From Fimicolochytrium jonesii (lineage: Eukaryota), in assembly GCF_025526975.1 (NCBI RefSeq), contig NW_026515695.1:372001-414560 (forward strand): a stretch of 42,560 nucleotides of DNA. Reading direction: 5' to 3'. The notes beneath the pieces were generated by a model. The model was not told the DNA's origin and ran no database searches. It worked only from the letters and a program-made list of their open reading frames with translations. A program made the translations under genes and the position numbers. Of this stretch, positions 1 to 11,576 are shown piece by piece. Position 1 is the stretch's first letter; each line of letters opens with the position of its first letter.

Positions 1-675
1 GGGTTCCTGCAAGTCAAACATCCGTGGCAGGATAACCACAAAGCCAGCGGCGGGCCCCTGAAGTTTATGCAGTTGGCGCGGTTTGGAGGGTTCTGGAAGG
101 GGTCGAACTCTGGGAATGACTCCCCATCCGCCTCCGTCTCCTCTCCCCTCACCCCCTCAACACCCTCCCCACCCTCACAACAACACAAACCCCACCATTG
201 GGAACGCAAATACGAACGAATTCACATCCACATGCAAGAAGAGATTACACGCCTGCAAGAGTTGATGCGCGGGCGGGAACAATTCGCCAAAATCGTTACT
301 GATCATGATGGTGTACGCGGAAGTGCACATTCGGGGAGACAGAGACGGTACATGATCTACCCAGACTGTGATACGATCGACACGAGTCTTCTGGATGTTA
401 ATATCCATAGTTTGAGGCATAACTGTAAGTTCCTGCATTTCTTACTCATCCATTGATGGTGGGGGGGGGAGGGGAGGGGGGAGGATAACGTTGACCTTGA
501 TGATGTTTTTTTTCTTTTAGATTTCAACCTCAACAGGATGTTTGTAGATGATTTGCTGGACATTATCGTGCACGGGAAACGAGCGGAGGAACGGACGGCG
601 AGGTTGGCGCATACGATCCAGGGCGGGCTTGTGTATCAGTTTTTGTGTGCGCCTAGTTATGTGGTGAATCCTTGA
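1..675 (+). CDS. 3' end of a spliced gene, possibly a DUF900-like alpha/beta hydrolase (5' part outside window)
   Basis: Frame open from base 1. Intron 425-520 (GTAAGT...TTTTAG) joins IDTSLLDVNIHSLRHN-Y-FNLNRMFVDDLLDIIVHGKRAEER...FLCAPSYVVNP, stop at 673-675. The family call rests on recall of this C-terminal motif and is tentative. Confidence 0.6.
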
Positions 676-760
676 GTGGGGACATCCATCCTTGAGTGAG
701 GAGATATGGGTAAGGGTGCAGTCCAGTGGGTTTTGCCAACGTCGCCCACCCCATTCCATA

Positions 761-820
761 GCCCACCACACTACACTTTGCCGAGGGAAGAAAGCCCACC
801 ATACTACACTTTGTCGATGG
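761..820. repeat. Short imperfect tandem duplication (GCCCACCAYACTACACTTTGYCGA, 2 copies)
   Basis: gcccaccacactacactttgccga at ~761 and gcccaccatactacactttgtcga at ~794. Confidence 0.8.
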
Positions 821-1216
821 GTCCACAGTGATTTCATATCATCCTCCGATGGGCTGTCGACCATCCCCAAGCCTGTGCGCCCACTATACCCCTTCCCATC
901 TGCTGTCATCCGTCACACACAGACTCCACCATGGTGCTTCCGAATGTGTCGGGGATATCTCATCTTCACTTGTATTTCATATTATACCTCTTTACTTCTA
1001 CTTGATCTGAGACCCGGGCTGGCCACCCGAGCTCTCGGTGATACATTACATAAGGCGCCAAGCCTCACTGAAGCCACGCAAGCCCCACTGGCAGCCCATA
1101 TATAAAGCTGTCAGTCGAGCGGCCGCTGCGAAGAGCTTCTTACTTTTTTCTTCACTACAATACACTGCTCTCAGCCCTCTCAGAAGGGCCCAATATCGTC
1201 TACGTTTCCTCTGACG

Positions 1217-1990
1217 TTACAGAATGTGGCCCAGCAGAACACCAAGTGCATAAATGTTCTGCCCATCAGGCAAAAAGCGCTGGCGCCACATCCCTTCGTA
1301 AAAGTACTTTTCCATAGGTAGCTTTCGAGTGCCACTCCGGGGCATCGTGTGCTTCTTTACGTGGAACCAAAGCCCCTCAATGTTGTTTGTGTGGATACCG
1401 GTTGTCGGATCTTTAAAGTTCTCTGAATGGTTGACGGTCCCGTCGGTACAGTCTATTGGTTGACGGTCCCACGGAGCGCTGTGGTCGCCAACGGGTACTA
1501 GAAAGCTCTACTTATCCTTGCGCCAGATACCCCCAAAAGCTCAAATTCCCTCAACCCGCTTTCCTCTGTTGAACTTTCGCTTGCCAAAATTGCTCTCAGC
1601 GACCTCCACCGTCTTCCGTGGCCCACCAATGTTACCATTGTTGCCAGCCTGCACCGCCATGATGCAAACCTCCCGGCAAACGTGGTACCCGTTGCGGGTT
1701 ATCTGGTTGTTCTGGTGCTGACCCCTGCTTGATAGTGGGCATCGGCGTGCGGAATGCGTTGGCTCCAGGCGTACTGTACATGATGTTAAGTGCCTGGGCA
1801 AGCAACAAGTGGGATTGGCTAAAGAAGCTACCGTTCCGGACTGAGAGGGTTTCGCGACAACCTGAACGGTTGCAGCGCCAGCGGAGATCGTCGATTGTGT
1901 GGTCCTTCACCAGTTTCATGTCGCACGCTGCCACGGCAGTTTGGCTTTGGGCAGGTCCGTTTGGTCAGGTTAAGTCTCTGATTGACACAG
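1217..1990 (-). mobile_element. Merlin / IS1595-ISXO2-like DDE transposase remnant, copy 1
   Basis: Minus-strand fragments: CPKPNC...WRCNRSGCRETLSVRNGSFFSQSHL (Zn ribbon), IGGPRKTVEVAESNFGKRKFNRGKRVEG, GTVNHSENFKDPTTGIHTNNIEGLWFHVK, YFYEGMWRQRF...LLGHIL*. Frameshifts and an internal deletion near 1470. Confidence 0.85.
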
Positions 1991-2329
1991 TAGTGTGGAG
2001 GCCCAAGACCTGCGCGGACTTTGTGCCACCACCGTGCGCACTTCATTGTAGCGAGATACTGTGGTACATACACAGGTTTGAGCTTCTTGTCGGACACTTC
2101 GAGGCAAGATCGTGTTTCGAGACTTCCAGAGACGTTTGATCCGCTCCCTTGACCCTTAAAAAACGATCTATAATTGTCCTTCAGCCGAGGCGTACGTACT
2201 TGAGGTGTTACGGCACCCATTTCTGTCGAATAACAACCACAGCTTGGCTTTCCATTTCCAAGTTCTTTTTTGGCTACCACTTACAGTATATACTGAAAAG
2301 AAATTTTCTACAGGGACGAGTATAAAGCC

Positions 2330-3521
2330 ATGCCATCAATTCTGAACCACGGACTTCCAGCTCTGGGGCCGCGCGGAGCATCAACGTCCGAGAGCGGAGG
2401 AAAACAAGCGAAGCACGGCCCTGCCACTGGCACCATCAAGCCGCTGGCCATCTTGACGGAAGGTTTGGTGGCAGCCGAGTCGATGATATGGATGGAAGCC
2501 GACATGGGCATGCTCTGGGCTTCGGGGGATGACATCAAAGGTTACGTCGGTAACGTCCTGAAAGACACACTCAGGACTCTCCAGTTTCACAGAGTTCTCC
2601 GCGTGCAGGCGGAACTCTACATGTTCGGAACCCAGAAAGCCGACTTCTACTACCTGCGCAGGAAGACGGCGCCGATTGGGCTCATCGAGGTGAAGAAACC
2701 GAACGGTACACCATTCGATGGGCAACCTTCCATTCTCGGACAGATTTATGACTACCTACTGGCCCTCAAGCAATTTCAAGGTCTGGAGCACGTATACGGC
2801 ATCCTTACTTCATACAAGGAATGGCGTGTCTGCTGGCTGTCAGACAGGCGACAGCCACGTCAACATGTCTACAACCATTCCAGACTTAGACTCTTCAAGG
2901 AAAGCATTCAGCATGTGGGATTTCTTACCTCCCGTCCCAGTCTGGGGTTCTGCTCAACCCGTTCCTACGCCCACCAAGGCAGAAGGGAGCTTCACACCCC
3001 CCAAACACAATCGGGTGTTATCTTGCACTGACCCATACCGCTGGGATGACCCGAAACTGCCGGCAGTTTTGGCGACCGCCGTGTGCAAGATGGCCTCTTC
3101 CCAGGTCACCCCGCCAACGCTAGAATCAGTTTCAAACAAGCGCTTCGCCGTATGCCTTACCCCCGAAAGGTACGTTTGGCAGACCAGACCCTTGACCAGC
3201 ATCGTGAACTTTGATCTCTTCCCCGATGCGTCATCCGAGATCTTCTATCTCCTTGCGGATCTCCACGGAGGCTCCGATGGACACACTTGGCTCGCATGCA
3301 ACAGTTCAGGGGTGGGCGCAGGTTTATGGCCCCATATACTGTACGCCGAGAGTATGATTCCTCAGGACTCGCCAACTCCCACTTGGGGGTCTTCTGGGTG
3401 CCTATTGGCCGTCTTCTGGGTGCAACGGCTCGTTGCGTGCAAAATTCCGAGAATTGCCCTCCATGAGGGATCATCTTCTGGATATATGGATACATCTTAC
3501 AGCAGCGAAATGAAGAAATAA
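2330..3521 (+). pseudogene. Broken PD-(D/E)xK nuclease-like + kinase-like protein (Crinkler-associated / DUF5898-like)
   Basis: ADF...IGLIEVKKP...LGQIYDYL...VYGILTSYKEWRVCW in one frame. Frame switches near 2850 to RVLSCTDPYRWDDPKLPAVL...FYLLADLHGGSDGHTWLACNSSG. No complete kinase C-lobe seen. Confidence 0.65.
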
Positions 3522-4118
3522 GCGGGGATGGCTCACGGACTAGCAAGGCGTGAGAAAGTGATTTTCTAAGGATGACCCCACTCGAGCACTTCGACACTTG
3601 TTGGCGGATCATAGAAGTGACCTCTGACCAATTTTTGATGGATACTGGGTGCTTCTCCTCACTTCGATAACAATCTTGAGAACGGTGCCGTGAGGAGAGC
3701 AAGGAAAGAGCCATCTGACCTGGTGTGGGCGGTTTCCGGCGACCGCTTCGTGGCTGCATCGGATGGGAGGTTATATCTCCCGAAGATTGTTTGTGATCGC
3801 AGAAGAGGTGGAGATTGACGAACGGAATTCAAATTGAAACTGGTCGTATTGAGCTACACCAGAGGACAAGAGATGGCATGAACTCCGCAGACGTCGACCC
3901 CACTTCAGACATATCTTTGGGTAGAAGCGCACGTGGGATGTTCTCAGAGAAAGTGACGTCGCTCGATCGCCGCGCCGTGACCCATTCCCCATCGAGCCCT
4001 TCCACGTCCTCCATATCCTCGGCCTCTGAAGCCTAGCGGCTTGCCTGCAACATTCCCCATTTGATTTTAGTGAATAGGGCGTGCACGTTCAAGAGTATGG
4101 GATGTGGTGGTTCGATCC

Positions 4119-4193
4119 CATGGGAAGATGGGAACTCTATTGCTAAGCCTGGAGCAGAAAACGGCTTAACAATAGAGTTCCCATCCCCCCATG
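4119..4193. repeat. Inverted repeat / hairpin, 31-bp arms, 13-nt loop
   Basis: 4119-4149 catgggaagatgggaactctattgctaagcc matches the reverse complement of 4163-4193 at 28/31 positions. Confidence 0.9.
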
Positions 4194-4786
4194 CACCAGG
4201 CCATGGTTGAAGAGCCCAAGGTGCGGTGCATAATTTGTACTCCCCATCCTAAATTCGTGCAGGTATCAGCTCCTTGAGAACCGCGGGAGTAGATAAAGAA
4301 GAACAGAAGTTACCTTATGCTCAAGGCAGAACGTAATCCCGAACACTCGATGTAATCCTGCCTCCATCAGTATCCCGTTTCTAGCGTGGTTGATCTGCTG
4401 CCCCCCTCAAGCCGCGGGACAAAATCTCGTGGATACAAGAGGCCTGATAAACCTGGAACCTCAGTGCGGCGGCAAAAAGGGAAAATATGTGAGGCGTCGC
4501 AGAGCTTTCCTTCCGTAGGGGGAAACACATCCTCCCGGTACTCCGGGATCGATGTGAGGGCGACAGGTTGAAGGATGCCAAAACATACTGATTGGAGTAT
4601 GAGGAGTAACAGAAAACGGCACCCTTAAATACATTAACCAAAAATGCTCGGACTATTACATATAGTATTGAACGAAGAAAAGATGTGCATAGAAAGACTA
4701 CCGGATAAAGGCGCTCCAGATTGAGAATGCAGCTGTGGTGATCGACGTCACAACCAAGAAAAAAACCGGCGAACGGGAGTAGCACG

Positions 4787-4882
4787 GGAGATGAGGGAGC
4801 TGGAATTGTTGTTTTCGTAAACCCTAACCCTGCTCCATAAAGGAGGGTTTACGAAAACAACGGATTCAGCTCCCTCATCTCC
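4787..4882. repeat. Inverted repeat / hairpin, 39-bp arms, 18-nt loop, overlapping the stop codon of the kinase gene
   Basis: 4787-4825 matches the reverse complement of 4844-4882 at 35/39 positions. Confidence 0.9.
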
Positions 4883-6165
4883 GCTATGAACTCTTCTCTG
4901 ACGGTAGATTGCTTGGCTTGGCCGAAATCGACCAGCCGCACCACGCCGTTTGATACCAAGAAGTTTGGCAATCGTATATCTCCGTGAAGGTATCCGGTGG
5001 CGTGAACCTTCTGGAGACATTCTCGACACTTTGTTTTCAGTACAGATGCTTTCCCGCCTTGCTGTTCATACATCCACAAATTGACGCCATGGTCCTCCAA
5101 CACCAGTAGGCGAAGCATTTCCCACACTTCGACATAGGCAATCACTCTAACCACAGCGTCTCCCTGAAGGTGGGCGATTGCTTGATACACGGTAACTTCG
5201 TGATCAAGTTCCTGAGTCAGAGCGCGATGCTTGCTAACGTCCACGGTTTTGAAGATGACCGGCTGGCCCCGATAATTCCCTCGAACGATACCCCCTACAC
5301 GGCTGCGGTCGACCCCTTGCGTGAGGTGGATGTCGGATGGAGGTGCCGCCGTTTGTAGTAAATGAGGATCGGGATTGGAAGGTTGAGTCCTTCGCCGAAC
5401 GATTGGCGATGCCGGGCCGGGGGAGGAGGTTGGCGATGCGTGCAACCAATGCTCGTCCGCGAGACGCACAATCGTCGTATAAGCGAATATGAGTTGCGGG
5501 GTCGACTCATATCGGAACGGAGCAGTTACTTCTAGTCGACCGCCTTGGGGAGAGCATGTGCGCTTGAAGAACCAGGTAGTCTCGTACGTTGTGAGGACAC
5601 CGTATCGAAGGTTATTGAACGTCAGATAGCCATACACCTGCTCAATCGCACGCACAGTTTTGTTCCTGGTGCCGCGGCTATCGTGCCAATCCTGAACTAG
5701 GTTCCGGGAAGCGCCGAAAGCCCAAGGCGTTTTCACTTCTCCCACTAGTTTTGCCTTGGGAGTTGCTTGTGACGCAAAGATGAAGTCCGGATCTAGTAGC
5801 AACCCAGGGACGCCTGCAATGCTGCAACTGAAATCGGGCTCGGAAACAATTTCGCGTGCGACATTCTCTACGACGGACAGAATAGTATTTTCTATGACTC
5901 CTTGAACGTGGGTTTCGTCTCCGACTTTTCTGATTGTTGGAATATCAAGAGCGAAGTTCGGTGCGATGAAGATGGCTTGGAGCGTGGTTTGCGTCCTCCG
6001 GATTTCATCGTCGAAGGAAGACCAAATGACCAGTTCGTTAAGGTCCGTGCGTGGCCATGCTGGAGTCGTTGTGGAGTCCCCAGAGTGGTGCTCGCGACGA
6101 ATGAGGCGAGGCAGCGGAGGACAACTCTGGACTACGGTGAAAAGGGACCGGCGCGGGGCTGTCAT
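4849..6165 (-). CDS. Intact, intronless restriction-endonuclease-fold (PD-(D/E)xK) + protein kinase-like protein, Crinkler-effector-type architecture
   Basis: 438-aa ORF. Nuclease-like motifs: DPDFIF...VGEVKTPW...AIEQVYGYLTFNNLRYGVLTTYETTWFFKR. Kinase motifs: VIFK, HEVTVY, HGDIRLPNFLV, LVDFG. Confidence 0.85.
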   Translation of the reverse strand: MTAPRRSLFTVVQSCPPLPRLIRREHHSGDSTTTPAWPRTDLNELVIWSSFDDEIRRTQTTLQAIFIAPNFALDIPTIRKVGDETHVQGVIENTILSVVENVAREIVSEPDFSCSIAGVPGLLLDPDFIFASQATPKAKLVGEVKTPWAFGASRNLVQDWHDSRGTRNKTVRAIEQVYGYLTFNNLRYGVLTTYETTWFFKRTCSPQGGRLEVTAPFRYESTPQLIFAYTTIVRLADEHWLHASPTSSPGPASPIVRRRTQPSNPDPHLLQTAAPPSDIHLTQGVDRSRVGGIVRGNYRGQPVIFKTVDVSKHRALTQELDHEVTVYQAIAHLQGDAVVRVIAYVEVWEMLRLLVLEDHGVNLWMYEQQGGKASVLKTKCRECLQKVHATGYLHGDIRLPNFLVSNGVVRLVDFGQAKQSTVREEFIAEMRELNPLFS

Positions 6166-6415
6166 TGTGCTGGTGTTTGGATAAACCTAGTGGTGCTATC
6201 AAGTGCTTGGACTGTACTGGGCCATGCCACGGGATGTCCCTACCACTTCCCCGCTGGTTATATGCTCGGCTGGCCAACCTCACAGCACGCTATTTCAACT
6301 TGAAACAACTCTTTTGCGGAGACGCCACGAATCGATTGAGGTGTGTTAAATTTGACATGATCAAGCTTAATTCAACATATATATATATAGTAAGTAGTTA
6401 ATGGGGTCACGTGTA

Positions 6416-7399
6416 CAGTCAGTGTCCATAAAGCTCCGACCCCCCTATAATTGATTTCATCGCAGTTCAGCGCAGATGAAAGAGTGGGCTGAGCGTTGGC
6501 GCGTCCATGGGTGGGCTTAGCGTGTTCTCATGTTGAGCATTATTGGCTATATACCCGCTGGGGCGCTCTTCATACCCTTCTTTCTCCCTTTATACTCTTT
6601 CCATTTCATTGCAAGATTTGGAACCCACCCTCCCATCCCTAATTTGTAACTTAGGAGGGAGGGAAGGTAAGCGCGAGCAGAAGCACTGATTTCAATGACC
6701 GTTTCACAAAGCGAGTCGCGCGTTTCCCAGCGGCACTGCTTCCAGGCTGCTGGGCTGCAGCGGCAAACCTGAAAGGCAAGACCGGGGACGATGGCGAGAT
6801 TGAAATGCCCTCTTGACCTCCATCTCCGCAATGGGCAAACCTCTCACGCCACAGAAGAGGGACGATAGTTGCCCTGCACAGAGCAGGAAAGAACAAAAGA
6901 CAGATTTCCAGAGAGGAAGGAGTCTCTTTGACCGCTGTCAAGGATACCATAAGGAGGTTTGCAAACGACATTCCCAGCGACCCTGCTTCCTACCAGACCA
7001 AGAAGCCAATGGGCAGACCAGCTAAGTATCAGCCTTCACCCGATGAATTGGAGGCTTTTCGCTCCCTTGTTGTTGCCAACAGTGACATTTGAGAGAAAAC
7101 ACTCACAGTTCTCAATGCTGAATTCAGGGAGCTCACTGGGATATCCGTTTACATAAGGACATTCCGCCGCTACCTCAGCAAATATCTCTTTCTCTATTCT
7201 CATTTCAAGATCCAAACGCCATTGCTGATGGAGCAGCACCGGGCCACACGTCTCGCATTTGCACTGGAGCATCAGCATTGGACACCGGTGCATTGGTCCC
7301 GTGTTTTCTGGACAGATGAAACGTCCTTTGACATTGGGTGGGTCCCAAAAATGCGATGCTGGCGCCTACGAACTGAACGCCTCCATCCACCGGTTGTCG
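6416..7399 (+). mobile_element. Tc1/mariner element, left half only (left TIR candidate plus degraded transposase N-terminus)
   Basis: TA|CAGTCAGTGTCCATAAAG start at 6414-6433. From ATG 6831: MGKPLTPQKR/TIVALHRAGKNKRQISREEGVSLTAVKDTIRRF (HTH), then RTFRRYL...HRATRLAFALEHQHWTPVHWSRVFWTDETSF (first catalytic Asp). Frameshifts and stops; truncated at ~7400. Confidence 0.85.
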
Positions 7400-7400
7400 A

Positions 7401-7960
7401 GATACCGGTTGTCGGATCTTTGAAGTTCTCTGAATGGTTGACGGTCCCGTCGGTACAATCCATTTTGGCAAAGCGGTCAGTGTTGTACCCTTTCCACAGG
7501 TTGCTGTACACGGTGGCCTGGGTGGATGAAGGCCTCACAGAGAGTCATGAGCATCGGAGCGCTGCGGTCGCCAATGGGTACTAGAAAGGTCCACTTATCC
7601 TCGCGCCAGATACCCCCAAAACCTCAGATTCCCTCCACCTGCTTTCCTCTGTTGAACTTTTGCTTGCCAAATTTGCTCTCGGCGACCTCCACCGTCTCCC
7701 TGGCCCACCAATCTTCCCATTGTCGCCAGCCTGTACCGCCATGATGCAAACCTCCCGGCAAACGTGGTACCACGGTTGCAGCGCCAGCAGAGATGATCGA
7801 TTGTGTGGTCCTTCACCAGTTTCATGTCGCTCGCTGCCACGGCAGTTTGGCTTTGGGCAGGTCCGTTTGGTCAAGATAAGTCTCTGATTGAAACAGAACC
7901 GGACTGTGCTTTCGACGGTCCTTGTTATCTCGATAATACTTTCCCAGGTGAGGTCTAGAT
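7401..7960 (-). mobile_element. Merlin / IS1595-like transposase remnant, copy 2
   Basis: Clearly homologous DNA to 1393-1990. Encodes LTWESIIEITRTVESTVRFCFNQRLILTKRTCPKPNC and TQATVYSNLWKGY...GTVNHSENFKDPTTGI. Confidence 0.85.
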
Positions 7961-8182
7961 GTTCAGTGGGCGTCAAGCGGCTCGAGGGGGAAGAACGGGC
8001 GGACGCGTTGTCCGAACGGGCGGAGTGCCCCTCTGGAACTTCCTGCGCTCTTCCTTCGCTCTTCCTTCCAACTCGGACTCCCATCCCCGCCCCGGAGAGC
8101 TTCGTCAACAACACACAAACCCACTCCAACCTCCGTCACACTCTTACAGTGGTGCCCTCAAGCACCCCACCCAACCCCTACA

Positions 8183-9679
8183 ATGACCTCCCCAACCGCC
8201 CACAGCACCCCAACCCTGCCCCTGCCCAAACCAAGCACAGCAGGCACAGCCCCCGCCAAGCTCGATCCCCGCCACACCACCACGAACGACATCCTCCCCT
8301 CCTCCGGCAACATCCTCGACTTCACCACCAGTCTCGAGACCGTCATCGGCGCGCCCTTTGCGAGCGGGCACACGAGCCGGGCTGGATCTGATCATGGGGA
8401 TGACGATCATGGAAATAACGACGACGAGGAGAGAGAGGGAGAAGATTTGATTGGCCGTGCTGCGGAACCTGAACATGGTGGCACGGCGAGGTGGAGTGAT
8501 TTGGTAACGGGTGATGTTCATCGTCGTCGCGGGGATGATGATGACGACAATGTCGGTCAGGCTCAGCGACGTGATGAGGATGAGGAGCAGTTCTCGGAGG
8601 AGGATTATCATAAGCTTGTTGATGCGGTTCAACGTGAGGAGCGTGAGAAGGACGGTGGAGACGCTCAGCAGCAGGATGAGTTCACTGAGGAGGATTATCG
8701 GAAGCTTATTATCAGGGTTGAGCGGCAGCGCTCCTCACGCAGCGTGGGAGAGGGGGCCGCTGCGTTCTGGGGAAACGATAATAATGGCGAAAGCGACGAT
8801 GATGACGACGAGGTGGATGATGATCTGATGGAAGCGTACGAGCAACTGTACGAGGATGCACAGGACGAGGCCAATGAGGAGTTGCAGCAGGAGGCGGACA
8901 TGAGAAAAAACGCTGGTGACGACCAAGACGAAGATGAAACCGGAAAGACCGAAGAGCAGATCCGCACCGAAAAATGGCACAAACGCTTCACCGACGCCGT
9001 CAAAGCCCACCGCGCCTCCATCGCCGCCCGCGAGCATCAAAAGACCACCACCAATACCCAAACCGTCTCCCCCCAACAACCCGCCCGCGACCCCTTCCAC
9101 CCCGCCGGCATCCTCCGCAACCCCCTCAAAGCGCCCCCACCTACCTGGCACCCCGCCTGCTTCTGCCAATGGGAATACTACGGCCGCATGGTCGAGTGCA
9201 CCAAACTTCTCAAGGGCTGCAAAGGGTGGTACCATTTCCCGTGTGTGGGCTTTCATCGCCAGTGGACGAACGCGCCGAGTGAGGACTGGACGTGCCCGCT
9301 TTGTGTGGTCAGTGAGCGGTTGGGCGTTACCGAGAAGGAAAAGGGGTTGGAGGGTGGGGAGGCGGTGGAACCCGTCGGTCGCGCTTTGCCTACCACCAAG
9401 AAAACCAAAACGGCTGCTACTACTACTACTACTACTACTAAGAAACCGACCACGACGAGGAAACGAAAAGTGAACACAGAAGACTCGTCGGCCAACCAAC
9501 CGACCCAAAAAGCCCCGCGACGCCCAACCCCGTCCGTGTCATCAAGCACTGCAAAGACCACCAGGGAACCCGCGTCGAAGAAAGAGAAACTCCCCCCGCC
9601 GCCTGTGTCGCATTCCAGCAAGACGCGGAGTGCGAATTCGAAGGTTTTGAGGGCGAGGGTTGTTAGTACGCGGAAGTGA
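8183..9679 (+). CDS. PHD-finger protein with acidic N-terminal region and basic tail
   Basis: 498-aa ORF. C4HC3 pattern CFC...GRMVEC...CKGWYHFPCVG...WTCPLC; NLS-like RKRK; (ACT)n poly-Thr near 9418-9438; internal repeat F(S/T)EEDY(H/R)KL occurs twice. Confidence 0.8.
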   Translation: MTSPTAHSTPTLPLPKPSTAGTAPAKLDPRHTTTNDILPSSGNILDFTTSLETVIGAPFASGHTSRAGSDHGDDDHGNNDDEEREGEDLIGRAAEPEHGGTARWSDLVTGDVHRRRGDDDDDNVGQAQRRDEDEEQFSEEDYHKLVDAVQREEREKDGGDAQQQDEFTEEDYRKLIIRVERQRSSRSVGEGAAAFWGNDNNGESDDDDDEVDDDLMEAYEQLYEDAQDEANEELQQEADMRKNAGDDQDEDETGKTEEQIRTEKWHKRFTDAVKAHRASIAAREHQKTTTNTQTVSPQQPARDPFHPAGILRNPLKAPPPTWHPACFCQWEYYGRMVECTKLLKGCKGWYHFPCVGFHRQWTNAPSEDWTCPLCVVSERLGVTEKEKGLEGGEAVEPVGRALPTTKKTKTAATTTTTTTKKPTTTRKRKVNTEDSSANQPTQKAPRRPTPSVSSSTAKTTREPASKKEKLPPPPVSHSSKTRSANSKVLRARVVSTRK

Positions 9680-10311
9680 CGAATTATCTGAGGAGAGAGG
9701 AGGGATGAGGGGGGATGTACGGGGAGGGAGAGTCGTGTAGCGAGAAATATCCGGAGAGATGGGATGTAGGAGCTGCGGAAGAAAAATGGGAGGAGAGACG
9801 GGAGTGGAAATCTCGAGGTTTTGAAATTTTTTGTTATTGCTTTTTTTGTTGGTTTCGTTTGCGACAGATTCGCGGGAGGGCAGGTCGTCTCTCTGCCGCG
9901 GAGTGGTACATACATGTATGTACGGGACTCGGTTTTTGAAGCCGGTTCCTCGTTGCGGTTTTGGAGTTCTCTTTTGTGATCAGGAGCTTTTGTAGCAACA
10001 TGAATAAGAATGGGAGAATTTACAAACGGATCATTCGAATTGGGTTTGCGTGAGATCTCAAGTAGGCTTCTTGGTCATTCATGCATTGAAAACCCTCTAT
10101 AATATAAAGTGATACCTCTCCTATGCACACAAAAACGCTCTCTACATGCCAGCTATCTATCCCATCCCAACGTCATGCTTGTCCAGTACGTAAGGCCCCC
10201 AAAGGCGAGCGACGCCTTCCATCATGCCGTCAGGCACCGCACGCTCCCAAAAACACCCCGCTGCCCTCCCCAACCGCGACCAGTAATCCCCTCCTACATG
10301 TCCAATCCCGC

Positions 10312-11223
10312 TCAAACCAACGCAACATCATTACTCCGTTTCAACAACTCCCTCAACCCCCGCGGCAACCTCGGCTCCCCGCCCGCATCCACGAGGTACC
10401 GAAACGGCAGTTCAACACTCTCTTTCTTGCCCAACTTGATTTCCGGGCGATCTACGAATTTAAGCTCAGACAACGGGATCTGGTCCTCGATGATGTGTTG
10501 CGCGACGAGGACGGCCGTGTCGGTTGTCATCTGCACCGGGCCGAGGTGCCGCGTGGTGTACCCGAGGGCCCGGAGGAGGCGCGTGCGGTCTTGCGGTGGG
10601 TCGTCGCCCTGGGGCGGAGAGAGGGGGGTGTGTTGTGTTAGAGTAAAATGAGGTTTGGGTGCCCGTGAACCGAGCATAGGCTTCGGAGGTTTTGCTCCAA
10701 TGGATGTATCTGATTCCTCGACCCATTCGAAAAACAACCCCCCCATCCACTTTCCCTCCGCCGTTCGGCATGTCTCGTTTTCATCCCATCCGCCTTTTTT
10801 TTTGTTTTTTTCCTCGCAAACTTACCAAAATCCCCCCAAAAAGCAACCACCCAAACTCCCGCGCATCCTCGGGCCTCAACTCCTCCGTCGCCGCCGGATC
10901 AAGCAACACCACCTTCCCAAACTCCACGCCGTCCATCTCCTGCACCGCTTTCGTGGTCGCAATGATCCCGGATTCAGGGTTCAACGTCGGGTGTGTTTGG
11001 AGGGAGGTGGCGAGGGAGGCGGGGATGTGGGAGAGGATGAGATTGGACGGGCCGACGTGCGTTAGGATGTTGGTGTATTCGAGCTGCGGGTGGGGGGAGG
11101 GACGGGGGTTTAGAATGGGAGCGTGGGTGGGGAGGAGGGGAAGGGGTACTGGACGGGGTAGGGTACCTCTGACCACTCATCGAGCTCGGGCTCCATGTGT
11201 TCTACGATGTATTTGAAGGGCAT
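10312..11223 (-). CDS. SFM1: SPOUT-family protein arginine methyltransferase Sfm1-like
   Basis: Exons 11223-11167, 11083-10826 and 10608-10312 with GT-AG introns. Motifs: KYIVEHMEPELDEWSELEY, LLDPAATEELRPED, LFGGILGDDPPQDRT, RHLGPVQMTTDTAV, VELPFRY. Confidence 0.9.
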
Positions 11224-11576
11224 GGCTGGTGATTGTTAGTTTGTTAACCTGGGGTTGTTGGCCATGGGGGGTCAACCTTTCTGCAGTAGTCGTACTGGAA
11301 CGCAGAGGGAGGGCGGAGAGGGCGGAGACCGACTGCGCGTCTCAGGCAGTGGCGCAAGAAGGGGGCGCAGGGTGGCTTGCCCGCTGCTTACCCGTTTCCA
11401 ATGCACGCCCCTATGCATCACCAATATACATAAGCCCTACCTGAGAGAGGACAGCTTTCAGATTATGACACCTTGCATGGATGAAAGAAGATTGTAGTAT
11501 AGAGAATGGTATATGCATGACTTGTGGTCTGATGTGGAAATGTAACCGTAGCAGGGGGGGAGTATACATCACACCC

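Noticed and set aside
700..2000. Merlin terminal inverted repeats
   Set aside because: Only a 9-bp match (CCACACTAC at ~766 versus GTAGTGTGG at ~1990); no convincing TIR or target-site duplication.
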